Virus record (IMG/VR): IMGVR_UViG_3300049172_000065
Span: 1 to 34,763 of that record
DNA length: 34,763 bases
From: a virus
Lineage: Duplodnaviria > Caudoviricetes
Reading direction: 5' to 3' (one strand)
In this document: in pieces, positions 1 to 7,937 of the stretch
How positions within the stretch are numbered: position 1 is the stretch's first letter
Layout: each line of letters opens with the position of its first letter
Made by a program: the position numbers and the translations under genes
Notes under the pieces: generated by a model
Databases searched by the model: none
The model's input: the letters and a program-made list of their open reading frames with translations, nothing else
What the model was told of the DNA's origin: nothing

Positions 1-30
1 GTACGCGGGGGAGGGGGGTGGTCCCCCGGG

Positions 31-327
31 TCAGTTCAGTCCGGGGTGTCTCTCGCGTGGACGTCTCGGGTTCTTACGCCTGTTCGCTTCGGCGCCTTCG
101 AGTCGTGACTTGAGGTCATGACATGGATGACACATGCCTCGATGGTTCGATCGGGCATCAGTGCCGCCTCTTGAGAGCGGGATGATGTGGTCATCGTCGG
201 TCGAGACTCGGGTGCATCCTTCTTCCGTGCACTCGGCACACCCTGTGCATCTGCACACTGGGTCATCGGCCAGGACTTGAGTACGTAGCTTCCTGCTTGC
301 CCAGGTGGAGGAGCGGCCGACTGTCAT
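31..327 (-). CDS. HNH endonuclease (terminase/cos-associated type)
   Basis: DHIIPLSRGGTDARSNHRGMCHPCHDLK HNH motif, N-terminal Cys cluster, position at end of the right arm. Confidence 0.92.
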   Translation of the reverse strand: MTVGRSSTWASRKLRTQVLADDPVCRCTGCAECTEEGCTRVSTDDDHIIPLSRGGTDARSNHRGMCHPCHDLKSRLEGAEANRRKNPRRPRERHPGLN

Positions 328-539
328 CAGCCTTGACGCCTAACCTGCTCGCGCCACTCGGCCACCACCTGCTTGGGATCGAAGCAGTCGGGGCAGCAGA
401 GGATGGGTGGCAGTTGAGCCACGCCGTCTTCATGTAGCCCACCCACTGTGAGGCTGACCATGAGGGCAGCGCAGTTGTCGCAGGTGCGGGTGGTGACTGT
501 TGCGCCTGTGACGATCGGGGTTACCTCGATGTCAGCCAC
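327..539 (-). CDS. Small hypothetical protein with two CxxC motifs
   Basis: CDNC and CPDC motifs; abuts the HNH gene. Confidence 0.6.
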   Translation of the reverse strand: MADIEVTPIVTGATVTTRTCDNCAALMVSLTVGGLHEDGVAQLPPILCCPDCFDPKQVVAEWREQVRRQG

Positions 540-678
540 GGCTCACCTGCTTGAAGATGCCGTCAGGCTGTAGCTCCCACGTGGTTCCATCCATGAAGAT
601 CACGTGGTCAAGCCTGGTCTCTGGCCTCAGCCCGAGGTCGCGTCTGAGTTGGGCCTGGAGTTCGCTGAGGTCAGCCAC
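532..678 (-). CDS. Hypothetical protein, 48 aa (MADLSELQAQLRRDLGLRPE...)
   Basis: Translated by hand; GTGGCTGA overlaps with neighbours on both sides. Confidence 0.55.
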   Translation of the reverse strand: MADLSELQAQLRRDLGLRPETRLDHVIFMDGTTWELQPDGIFKQVSRG

Positions 679-805
679 GATGTAGCCACCTCGTCAGCCA
701 TGCCCAGGTGCTGGGCTTGGTGTACCTGGTACGGCTGGTGTCCCATGTCTGGATCAGTGCGCCTACATCGAGGCGGCGGGGGCGGGGGCGGGCATGTCTG
801 GCCAC
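671..805 (-). CDS. Hypothetical protein, 44 aa (MARHARPRPRRLDV...)
   Basis: Translated by hand; GGTGGTG RBS-like sequence; GTGGCTGA overlap with the next gene. Confidence 0.45.
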   Translation of the reverse strand: MARHARPRPRRLDVGALIQTWDTSRTRYTKPSTWAWLTRWLHRG

Positions 806-857
806 GGCCTGTCACCACCTGTAACGTGAGGGGTCTCGTCGCTCAATAGGGGGAACT

Positions 858-1196
858 ATGGCGATCACGGACAGGCTCACCGCTAAAGCGAGAGCACGGT
901 TAGAGCAGCAGGTCGGGGCAGGTGAGGATGTGCTGCTGTCTGGGACGGTGGGTCCTGTGGGGTTGGTGCTCACCACTCGCAGGTTGATGCTGGCCCCGCC
1001 CGTGACTGGGGCTTTCCCGGACCGGAACCTGCCGCTTGGTGCGATCCAGGACGTGGCATGGAAGAAGGGGCTACTCGGTTCCCAGGGCGTACTGACCATC
1101 AGGACTGGTAGCGAGACGTTGGAGTACAAGGTGCCGAACAAGCAGGGTGAGCCGGCTGCTGTGCTCATCCGTCAGGCCATGGCCGCTGTCGGCTGA
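858..1196 (+). CDS. Bacterial PH-domain-like protein (moron)
   Basis: LVLTTRRL...LPLGAIQDVAWKKGLLG..G.LTI.T pattern typical of bacterial PH domains; AGGGGGA RBS; opposite strand to neighbours. Confidence 0.7.
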   Translation: MAITDRLTAKARARLEQQVGAGEDVLLSGTVGPVGLVLTTRRLMLAPPVTGAFPDRNLPLGAIQDVAWKKGLLGSQGVLTIRTGSETLEYKVPNKQGEPAAVLIRQAMAAVG

Positions 1197-1199
1197 AAC

Positions 1200-1238
1200 G
1201 AAGCCCCCGAGCCTGATGTCGGTCAGGTCGGGGGCTTC
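1200..1238. terminator. Intrinsic terminator hairpin, probably bidirectional
   Basis: GAAGCCCCCGA...TCGGGGGCTTC stem plus inner CCTGA/TCAGG; followed by GTTT on the minus strand. Confidence 0.7.
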
Positions 1239-1335
1239 TGACCCCTCTGGTTCTGGCGAGGGGGATGTTTCTGGGGTCGCCAATTGGCGGCAATTGATCG
1301 TGACACAGCGTTGGGCATGTAGCCAAACGACACGC

Positions 1336-1698
1336 TCAGACGAGTTGAGAGATGCGTCCAGGTGATACCTCGAGGATCGTGGCTGCGTCTCGGACGCTGA
1401 CCCCTCGCTGGCGGAGTTCCTTCACTACCTCGCGGGTCTCAGTGGCCGCCTTAGATACGAACTGCTGGGCCTTGAGAGTGTCGTGCTTGGCCTCGTGGAC
1501 CTTCGCTTCAAGGCCGCCAAGGTCGTATTGGATGTCGACGTGGTAGTTCTCGGGTTCGCCTCCGTTGACGGTGGCGAGGAAGTCCCTGGCCATGCGGGGA
1601 GCGTCAGCGAGGGTGCGGGACTGGGTGACGCCGGCGTCGGTGTGGAGTTCCCACCCGTGCTCCCATCGCTTGGCGGTGACCGTGTGAACGGTGCCCAT
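1336..1698 (-). CDS. hicB: HicB-like antitoxin with C-terminal HTH
   Basis: HTVTAKRWEHGWELH...GVTQSRTLADAPRMARDFL N-domain and SVRDAATILEVSPGRISQL HTH; TGATG coupling to hicA. Confidence 0.85.
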   Translation of the reverse strand: MGTVHTVTAKRWEHGWELHTDAGVTQSRTLADAPRMARDFLATVNGGEPENYHVDIQYDLGGLEAKVHEAKHDTLKAQQFVSKAATETREVVKELRQRGVSVRDAATILEVSPGRISQLV

Positions 1699-1904
1699 CA
1701 GATCCATCCCTTCGGTAGGCATGACAGTCGCTGCTGTGCTTGGCGGACGAGACCGGGGCTGATCATGGTGGTCTGGGTGATGACGGTGGAGTGCTGGCCG
1801 CAGGGGCAGGTCCACACTTCGTGGTCGCCTTTGCCCTGTCGGCTGGTGCAGCCTGCCGCCTTCATCGCCCGGGTGAGTTCCCGGTACTTCATCGCCTTGA
1901 CCAT
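1698..1904 (-). CDS. hicA: HicA-family mRNA interferase toxin
   Basis: MKYRELTRAMKAAGC..RQGKGDHEVW...ISPGLVR motif, 68 aa. Confidence 0.88.
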   Translation of the reverse strand: MVKAMKYRELTRAMKAAGCTSRQGKGDHEVWTCPCGQHSTVITQTTMISPGLVRQAQQRLSCLPKGWI

Positions 1905-1910
1905 GAGATT

Positions 1911-1955
1911 AGTTTAGCCAGGGTAGACAGTCAATGTCAAGGGTGGGTAGACAGT
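1911..1955 (-). promoter_or_regulatory. SigA-type leaderless promoter of hicAB with duplicated operator
   Basis: TTGACA (1935-1940), 18 bp spacer, TAAACT (1911-1916), 6 nt before the ATG; 11-bp direct repeat GGGTAGACAGT at 1921-1931 and 1945-1955. Confidence 0.75.
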
Positions 1956-1958
1956 TTG

Positions 1959-2813
1959 TCATCCTGCTTTCGGTTGTGAGTCTTGTGCGAGTAGGTCGGA
2001 TACGTCGCTGACGCGGTAGGTGGGCATCCATCGGCCCTTGACGAGGGTGGATCCGACGGCGGCGATGCGGTCTCGTTGGGCCCACTTGCGGACCCTGGCT
2101 GCGGTGAGTGGGGTGTGTCCGATGTCGGTGAAGGCGACCTCGATCTCGGCGGCGGTGAGGCAGCGGTCCTGCAGGTTGTCCATCAGCCCTGCTCGTCGTT
2201 CGGCTGCGTCGCCGTACTCGGTCCCGCAGTGGCGGCAGGTCGCTGTACGTGCGGCGGGTCGCCGGTACAGCATCTCGGGGCAGTTGTCGCAGGGTCCGAT
2301 GCATTCGCGGTCTTGGGGGCGGTCGACCATCCTCCGCAGTTGGCCGGCCAGGTCGGTGAGTTCGTCGAGGATGTCGGGTGCCCAGTGCTGTGCCCGGATC
2401 CAGTCAGCATGACCCAACAGGTAGCGGCAGGCGGACGCGACGTCGTCTCTGGGTGGGCGGGAGCGGCGGAAGACGGAGCAGGACACGTGGAGGCACGCGT
2501 CGTGAGTTGGTCCAGCGAGGATGGGGCGGGAGTCGAGGACCGTGCGGGCCCAGGTGCCGATGGTGTTCTTCACGGCGTCTTGTAGCCGGGAGCCGTCTGC
2601 GTCCCAGCCGAGGAACCTCGCATCGACGGGCAGCGGCTTCTCGCCACCACGCCCGCCTCCTGAGCCGCCATAGCGGGTTTGGCGACCCTTGACGGTGTCG
2701 AGGTCTACCCAGTGGCTGGAGATGTCTCCTAGGGCAACCTGCAGGGTCTGGTGGCAGGCAGGACAGATGCTGACGCCGTTGACTGGCGCACCGCAGGGGC
2801 AGGTCGTGCTCAT
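1959..2813 (-). CDS. Zn-finger plus C-terminal HTH DNA-binding protein (putative late-gene regulator)
   Basis: CPCG..CPAC and CDNC..CRHC motifs; C-terminal LTAARVRKWAQRDRI...YRVSDV HTH; last gene of the early operon. Confidence 0.7.
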   Translation of the reverse strand: MSTTCPCGAPVNGVSICPACHQTLQVALGDISSHWVDLDTVKGRQTRYGGSGGGRGGEKPLPVDARFLGWDADGSRLQDAVKNTIGTWARTVLDSRPILAGPTHDACLHVSCSVFRRSRPPRDDVASACRYLLGHADWIRAQHWAPDILDELTDLAGQLRRMVDRPQDRECIGPCDNCPEMLYRRPAARTATCRHCGTEYGDAAERRAGLMDNLQDRCLTAAEIEVAFTDIGHTPLTAARVRKWAQRDRIAAVGSTLVKGRWMPTYRVSDVSDLLAQDSQPKAG

Positions 2814-3229
2814 GTGGGGTTCCCCTTGCCGATATCCCGAGCGATGCGGGCAGCGTTCGGGTAGGCGTGGCGCATCGCCTTGGCCGCGATGCAGTCGATG
2901 GATGTCCCGTCGGCGGGGAAGAATTCTTCGCTGTAGTACGGCAGGTAGTCCTCCAATGCCACCGCGATCTCTTCAGCGGCTTCCTTGCGGCCTAGTGCGT
3001 ACCCGACCTGAGTGGCGGTCTCACACATGGCCTTGGTGTCGGCCTGCAGGTGAGGAAGAGCAGCAGCGAGAACAACATCCACGACCTGCGCAGGCACCGT
3101 CCACACGGGCGTGGTGTCGCCATCATGCCAGCGCGGGACCGTGCCGTCATCCGGGTCCACGAATCCAGCCTTGATCAATGCGTCAATCGCCGCGTGACGG
3201 ATGTCTCCGCTGATCTCCATGTCGGTCAT
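2810..3229 (-). CDS. Hypothetical protein
   Basis: ATGA overlaps at both ends. Confidence 0.65.
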   Translation of the reverse strand: MTDMEISGDIRHAAIDALIKAGFVDPDDGTVPRWHDGDTTPVWTVPAQVVDVVLAAALPHLQADTKAMCETATQVGYALGRKEAAEEIAVALEDYLPYYSEEFFPADGTSIDCIAAKAMRHAYPNAARIARDIGKGNPT

Positions 3230-3714
3230 GAGGGGGTCTCCTGAGTGGTGATCGATCGGGCCTTCCACTCATCCCAGCGCCAGGATGGGAGCCAGCCCTT
3301 GGCGTCGTTCTTGCCGTCGATGATGTCCGCGAGCCACGACGCTGACATGTGCTCTTCATGGATCGCGAGCGCCATATTCCCCATTTCGTGCATGTCGCCT
3401 TGATGCTCAGGACAGCGGGCGCAGTAGTCCTTGCGGGCAGCCGCGAGGAACCGGAGGTCTTCGGCTACCTGTTTGCGGATGGCTCGTGCCTCGCGGGTCT
3501 CGACGTGGACCTTGATGAGGCGCGTCACGAACTGGTCGCACCGGTCATTCGTCGCCTGCCGCGTCTCGACCGGCACCTCCCACAGGTCGGCCAGTTGGTT
3601 CACGATGTTCTGCGCAACGAACGGCACCTCGATCGAGTGCTTGGCTAGGCGGGTCTCGTGACGCTTAACCAGCCCGTGGGCTCTGGCCTGCTCGAAGGGT
3701 TCACGGTCACTCAT
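3226..3714 (-). CDS. Hypothetical protein (MSDREPFEQ...)
   Basis: ATGA overlaps; start re-called from the ORF track. Confidence 0.65.
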   Translation of the reverse strand: MSDREPFEQARAHGLVKRHETRLAKHSIEVPFVAQNIVNQLADLWEVPVETRQATNDRCDQFVTRLIKVHVETREARAIRKQVAEDLRFLAAARKDYCARCPEHQGDMHEMGNMALAIHEEHMSASWLADIIDGKNDAKGWLPSWRWDEWKARSITTQETPS

Positions 3715-3926
3715 GAGGGCTCCTTCCGGGCGCGCTGAGCAGCCCGCAGCCACAGGCGCACGTCTTCCCGCGTGTAGAGCCAGATCTCTTGGTTGCCTGC
3801 CTTCAGCTTGCTGCCGGGGCAGTTTCCGTACTCCCAGTCCTCCAGCAGGGCATCGAACAAGGCGTCCTCGGTCTCGGTCTGGATGGCGCGGATCGCCCAC
3901 GCGGTGGTGCTCGGCTCGTCTGTCAT
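3711..3926 (-). CDS. Hypothetical protein (MTDEPSTTAW...)
   Basis: ATGA overlaps. Confidence 0.6.
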   Translation of the reverse strand: MTDEPSTTAWAIRAIQTETEDALFDALLEDWEYGNCPGSKLKAGNQEIWLYTREDVRLWLRAAQRARKEPS

Positions 3927-4111
3927 GCGAGGTCCCTTGTCTGTCGTTGCCACTCTTCGTCGGATACCTGCGGGCTGCAGGTGAGTCTCTTCGGGTCCTT
4001 CGGGTGTGGCGGGTGGATGCCCAGGCCGCCGATGTGAGCCAGCGGGCCACCGCAGATGCAGCAGCGAGCCACGGTCGAGTTCCAGTCGCCGTCAGGCTCC
4101 TGCTCGGTCAT
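3923..4111 (-). CDS. Small Cys/His-containing hypothetical protein
   Basis: CCICGG...H...C; ATGA overlap downstream; overlaps the helicase end by 20 nt. Confidence 0.5.
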   Translation of the reverse strand: MTEQEPDGDWNSTVARCCICGGPLAHIGGLGIHPPHPKDPKRLTCSPQVSDEEWQRQTRDLA

Positions 4112-5315
4112 GGAAACTCGCCTCCCACTCCGCGTCGGACGCCTGCGGGTTGACCGCGGTCCACGGCCACAACCCGCCAGGTCGGATACGTTTCGGCCAC
4201 TCCCGCTCATCTCGGTCACCGCGCCAAGCCACTAGGTCGACGTCGATCTCGTTGCGCCTCAGGCCGTAGCCGAACTCAGGCCAGCCCATCAGGGCACTCG
4301 ACCCGCGGGGGCGCATGTCGCGTTCGTCGTTCTTCGACTTCGAGTGGCCGGCGTGGGCCTCCATCGCGAGAGTGATGCCGCGGGCCCGTATCGAGTTCAG
4401 TGCTGCGATCACGGGGGCAACGTGGTCGTCGGTCTGCAGGGCTCTAGGGACCATCCGGTACAGGGGGCCGATGATCAGCAGGTCAGGTTGGGTTGCGTCG
4501 AGGACGCGGTTGACCCAGGACAGGTCCTTGTCGCGGGTGATGTCGATACCGCGGGGGTCGCAGTCGATGAACAACCGCTCCGCGGGGTCGGAGCCGCGCA
4601 TCTTCGACTGCAGCCACATCGACTTGAGTTGCCGCTTCACGTGCCGCTCGGTGTTCTCGAGGTCGATGATGTGCGCCTTGATCGGTGGGATCGACTTGCC
4701 GGTGAAGGGGTGGAGTCCCGCCGCGGCCATCAGAGCCAACTGGCGGAGGAACACCGACTTCCCCAGCCCTTCCTCGCCGGTGAGGATCAGCCGGTCCATG
4801 CGCTCGAGCAGCTGCGGGATGACCCAGTCGTAGGGATCCTCAGGCTTCTGCATGAGCTCGCCGAGCGTCAGGGTTGAGATGTCCTCCGTGCCGGTGTTCC
4901 GCATCCCTGTGAACCGGTTTGCGGCCTCTGAGATCAGCAGTTGCGGGTTGGTGCTCAGGTCCTCGGCGCGCTGCCTCAGGCGGGTGAGTTCGTTGAGGAC
5001 CTGCCGGCGGGCAGAGAAGCCCCTGACGACGTCAGCATGGAACTCGACCGTATCGGGCAGGGCCGGGTTCATCGTTGCCCCGAGGTGGGCCGCCATCAGC
5101 TTCGCCTGGCCACTCAAGGCACTCTGGACCGCCATCGCGTCCGTCGGCATCCCGTCAGCCTTCAGAGCCTTCAGAACGTTCCACAGGGCCTCGTGGTTCG
5201 GGTTGTAGAAGTCGGCGCCCGTCAGGACCGCCGCTGCACGCTCGAACGCCAAAGACGACTGGTAGCAGCAGGACAGGACGCTCTGCTCAGCGTCATCGGA
5301 GTTCACGACTTCCAC
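4092..5315 (-). CDS. Replicative helicase: DnaB-like N-terminal domain plus RepA/AAA_25-type ATPase
   Basis: AEQSVL...DFYNPNHEALW DnaB N-domain; Walker A GEEGLGKS; RPRGSSALMGWPEFG. Confidence 0.85.
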   Translation of the reverse strand: MEVVNSDDAEQSVLSCCYQSSLAFERAAAVLTGADFYNPNHEALWNVLKALKADGMPTDAMAVQSALSGQAKLMAAHLGATMNPALPDTVEFHADVVRGFSARRQVLNELTRLRQRAEDLSTNPQLLISEAANRFTGMRNTGTEDISTLTLGELMQKPEDPYDWVIPQLLERMDRLILTGEEGLGKSVFLRQLALMAAAGLHPFTGKSIPPIKAHIIDLENTERHVKRQLKSMWLQSKMRGSDPAERLFIDCDPRGIDITRDKDLSWVNRVLDATQPDLLIIGPLYRMVPRALQTDDHVAPVIAALNSIRARGITLAMEAHAGHSKSKNDERDMRPRGSSALMGWPEFGYGLRRNEIDVDLVAWRGDRDEREWPKRIRPGGLWPWTAVNPQASDAEWEASFHDRAGA

Positions 5316-6160
5316 CGCTGACGCATGTCATCCGACGGCGGACGGGGTTCGGTGGGCTTGTCGCCGAAGTCGATCGCTGTCACGTTCGACTTCCCCCGCA
5401 TCGAGGCAGCGCGGAGCTTGTCGTACTGGGCCCGCAGCTTCGGGATCGACTCGATATTGCCGCGCCAGAAGCTGTCGTTCCACGCCCAGTCGATGGCCCG
5501 GATGATCTTGTCGACCTCACGGCCGTCCTTGTCGATCATCAACCGTGCGGCGTCACGCCACCGGTTTGTCACCGCCGGCTTCTTGCAGTCGTTGGCGACC
5601 ATCACGCCAACGAGATGGCGGCAGACGCGCTCGACATCCTCTCGCGGAGGGTCTCGAGGCGGCTCATCATCATCGTCGTCGGGAGTCGCGTCAGCGACTT
5701 CAGACATGTCTTTTATATGGGTCGGGTCGGGTCGGGTCGGGGTAGGTGGGACACCACCGTTCGTCCCAGTAGGTGTCCCACCGTCTGTCCCTATGGGACG
5801 ACCATTGGGACTACCAGCGTCTGTCCCTGGGGGACTACTCTTCTTGTCACGCCATTCCTGCTTGCGGATCCTGGCCTTCAAGCGGTCAGCTTCAACAGCC
5901 TCCTTTGAGGGCTGGAAGTCGGACCAGTTGCGGAAGCAGTAGCCCTCACCATCGACATCCCAGAGCTCGGCTGCGACCAGCTGAACGGCCTCGTCCGGCG
6001 TTCCACCGAGGGCCAGCACGACATCACTCGGGATGTGGCCATCAGTGAGCTGCTGAGCCGACCAGGACCCGGCGCGAACCCACAAGCCCAGCGCCAGATT
6101 GCCTGCTCGGATCGCCTTGCGGTGGAAGGCGAACCCGTCATCAACCTTGAACCAGGGCAC
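5303..6160 (-). CDS. Phage replication initiator protein
   Basis: MPWFKVDDGFAFHRKA...LGLWVRAGSWSAQQLTDGHIP N-terminus, PTPTRPDPT linker, FWRGNIESIPKLRAQYDKL C-domain; directly upstream of the helicase. Confidence 0.8.
   Translation of the reverse strand: MPWFKVDDGFAFHRKAIRAGNLALGLWVRAGSWSAQQLTDGHIPSDVVLALGGTPDEAVQLVAAELWDVDGEGYCFRNWSDFQPSKEAVEADRLKARIRKQEWRDKKSSPPGTDAGSPNGRPIGTDGGTPTGTNGGVPPTPTRPDPTHIKDMSEVADATPDDDDDEPPRDPPREDVERVCRHLVGVMVANDCKKPAVTNRWRDAARLMIDKDGREVDKIIRAIDWAWNDSFWRGNIESIPKLRAQYDKLRAASMRGKSNVTAIDFGDKPTEPRPPSDDMRQRWKS
5711..5835. repeat. Putative replication origin: 12-bp-phased GTCCC/GGGAC iterons, (GGGTC)4 and short AT-rich patch
   Basis: GTCCC at 5763, 5775, 5787, 5823; GGGAC at 5795, 5807, 5831 (and 5748); TTTTATAT at 5711-5718; all within the initiator linker. 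Confidence 0.65.
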
Positions 6161-6315
6161 TAGTCCACCTCCTTCTTGTTGGGGAACTGCAGGACTGTCG
6201 CGGGTCTGGTTGGGACCGCGGTGACAGACCTGAGCTGCATGCGTCGCTTCGCCTTCTGAAGCCGGCGAGCCTGCTCGTAGAGGCGCCGGCCGGGGTTGAC
6301 CATGGGGTCGGTCAC
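6160..6315 (-). CDS. Basic hypothetical protein, 51 aa (MTDPMVNPGRRLYEQARR...)
   Basis: Translated by hand; GTGA and TAGTG coupling; carries the AAGGAGG RBS of the initiator gene. Confidence 0.6.
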   Translation of the reverse strand: MTDPMVNPGRRLYEQARRLQKAKRRMQLRSVTAVPTRPATVLQFPNKKEVD

Positions 6316-6512
6316 ATGGGCCTCCCTGAGCACGCGAACGGCCCGTCTGGCCAGACGTGAGCCGGATGTGCCTCAGGGGCGGGACAGCGCCGCAGGTGGA
6401 TCGGGTCGCCGAAGCCGCCGCCGAACGTGTGGTCGCCGCAGTGGCCCAGGTAGTACCGGCATCGCTGGCCGACACTGAAGACTGGGCACGGGAACAATGG
6501 GAGCTCCGTCAC
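6312..6512 (-). CDS. Small Cys/His-rich protein
   Basis: Two C...C/H...H clusters; GTGA overlaps. Confidence 0.6.
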   Translation of the reverse strand: MTELPLFPCPVFSVGQRCRYYLGHCGDHTFGGGFGDPIHLRRCPAPEAHPAHVWPDGPFACSGRPM

Positions 6513-7390
6513 GCTCCCACCTCCCCGAGGTAGGGGAGTCGGCCACCGTGGTCATCGAGGGTGTGCCAGCCGTCGAAACACAGCAGAGGCTCTTTCGATG
6601 GGTCGATGTCCGGGTTGTTCCGTGGCAGCAACCAGCCGCTCGCCTTCGCTTCTTCGCGATCCGATTCGATGCCCGCGTGGCAGGGCTTGCAGAGGTTCAG
6701 CAGGTTCGCTGGCGAGTTGATGGATGCGTCCGATGTGCCGCCGCGACCTCGAGGCAATCGATGATGAATCTCGGCCCCCACCCACTTCGTTGACGCCCCG
6801 CATTTCTCGCAACGCATCCCAGCGCGCACCTTGACCACCTGCTGCGCCTTGGGGAGAGCGGCCTTGGCTGTCTGGTTGCGGTGCCGAACGAGCACGCCCG
6901 CTTCTCGCAGGTGTCGGCTTACTCCACTCGGATGGATGCCGATGATCGACCCGATCTCGATGGTCGACTTGCCCTCGAGGTACAGCCGCTTCATCTCAGC
7001 GGTTCGGCCAGCGAACTCCTCCCGCCGCTTGGCTGCCCTCAGTGCCTTGGCTTCACGGAAGGTCTGGCCACCTCTCCGCTTGCCTTTCAAGCGCTCCCGC
7101 TGACGCTCTGCGCCACCCTCCGCCATGTGGCGCTTCGTGTGCTCCTCGGGAGTCATCACCTCGAGGTTCTCGGGTCGATTGTCGTCCTTGATGCCGTTGA
7201 TGTGGTGGACATGCATCCACTGCGGTGGTCGACCGGCTGCGATCCGGTGCTCATACTCCTCGACGTAGTACTGCGTATCGATGAGCCAGCGGAGCTTGAT
7301 GTAGCCGCGCTGCGCACGGTACCGCCGCGGTTCAAAATCGGGGACCGGCTCATCGCGGCGCAGGCTGCGGATCACTGCCTTCTTCGGCAT
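6509..7390 (-). CDS. Double HNH endonuclease with central HTH
   Basis: N-terminal EHR...VHHINGIKDDNRPENL...EH; central HTH LYLEGKSTIEIGSIIGIHPSGVSRHL; C-terminal CEKC...HHRLPRGRGG...NLLNLCKPCH. Confidence 0.85.
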   Translation of the reverse strand: MPKKAVIRSLRRDEPVPDFEPRRYRAQRGYIKLRWLIDTQYYVEEYEHRIAAGRPPQWMHVHHINGIKDDNRPENLEVMTPEEHTKRHMAEGGAERQRERLKGKRRGGQTFREAKALRAAKRREEFAGRTAEMKRLYLEGKSTIEIGSIIGIHPSGVSRHLREAGVLVRHRNQTAKAALPKAQQVVKVRAGMRCEKCGASTKWVGAEIHHRLPRGRGGTSDASINSPANLLNLCKPCHAGIESDREEAKASGWLLPRNNPDIDPSKEPLLCFDGWHTLDDHGGRLPYLGEVGA

Positions 7391-7560
7391 CAGCTGGCCT
7401 CCTGTAGTTCCGGGCGGGTCTCTTTGCGGTGCTTCTTCGCCAGTCGGCTCGGGCGGAGCTCGGACGTGAACCCGAAGTGGGTGACCTCGCAGTCCAGGCA
7501 CCACCAGCCCCACTGCGACTCGTCGTCGGTGACGTACACCAATGGACGATGGCCCTTCAT
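7390..7560 (-). CDS. Hypothetical protein, 56 aa, CxxC...H (MKGHRPLVYV...)
   Basis: Translated by hand; ATGA and TGATG coupling. Confidence 0.6.
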   Translation of the reverse strand: MKGHRPLVYVTDDESQWGWWCLDCEVTHFGFTSELRPSRLAKKHRKETRPELQEAS

Positions 7561-7937
7561 GACACCCCCGACATGTTGTAAGCGGTCGTCACCGAGCGCA
7601 GGAGAGCCATCGCCACCATGGCCTGGTCCCGTACGGTGCGGTGATGGTCTTGGGCTGCCTCACGGGCAGCGGTCTTCAGGTCGTAGTCGCGGCCCTCATC
7701 GGCGCAACGGTCCTCGATCCACTGCTTGCGCATGTCGACCGTGGCGCCACCTCGCTCCACGCGAGGGCAGTCCTTGTCGAACCCGGCACGGCGACGTGCA
7801 GCTTCATAGGTGTGCTTGGCGAACACCTCGTCGTCACGTGCTCGGCGTAGCGCCAGTTCGGCCTTGGTCATCTCGTTGTCGAGGACAAGGAGCCGCTTCT
7901 CAGCAGCGACAGGGGTGAGTGCGTGGTCGTCAGTCAT
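7557..7937 (-). CDS. Coiled-coil hypothetical phage protein
   Basis: Helical composition; GAGGAG RBS; coupled in operon. Confidence 0.65.
   Translation of the reverse strand: MTDDHALTPVAAEKRLLVLDNEMTKAELALRRARDDEVFAKHTYEAARRRAGFDKDCPRVERGGATVDMRKQWIEDRCADEGRDYDLKTAAREAAQDHHRTVRDQAMVAMALLRSVTTAYNMSGVS

Noticed and set aside
771-793. G-rich tract as regulatory G-quadruplex or contingency repeat
   Set aside because: Explained by RPRPRR codons of the small minus-strand ORF 671-805.
5303-6475. 390-aa ORF as listed in the ORF track
   Set aside because: The N-terminal extension overlaps two better-coupled small genes; the GTG at 6160 has an AAGGAGG RBS and begins the conserved MPWFKVDD.
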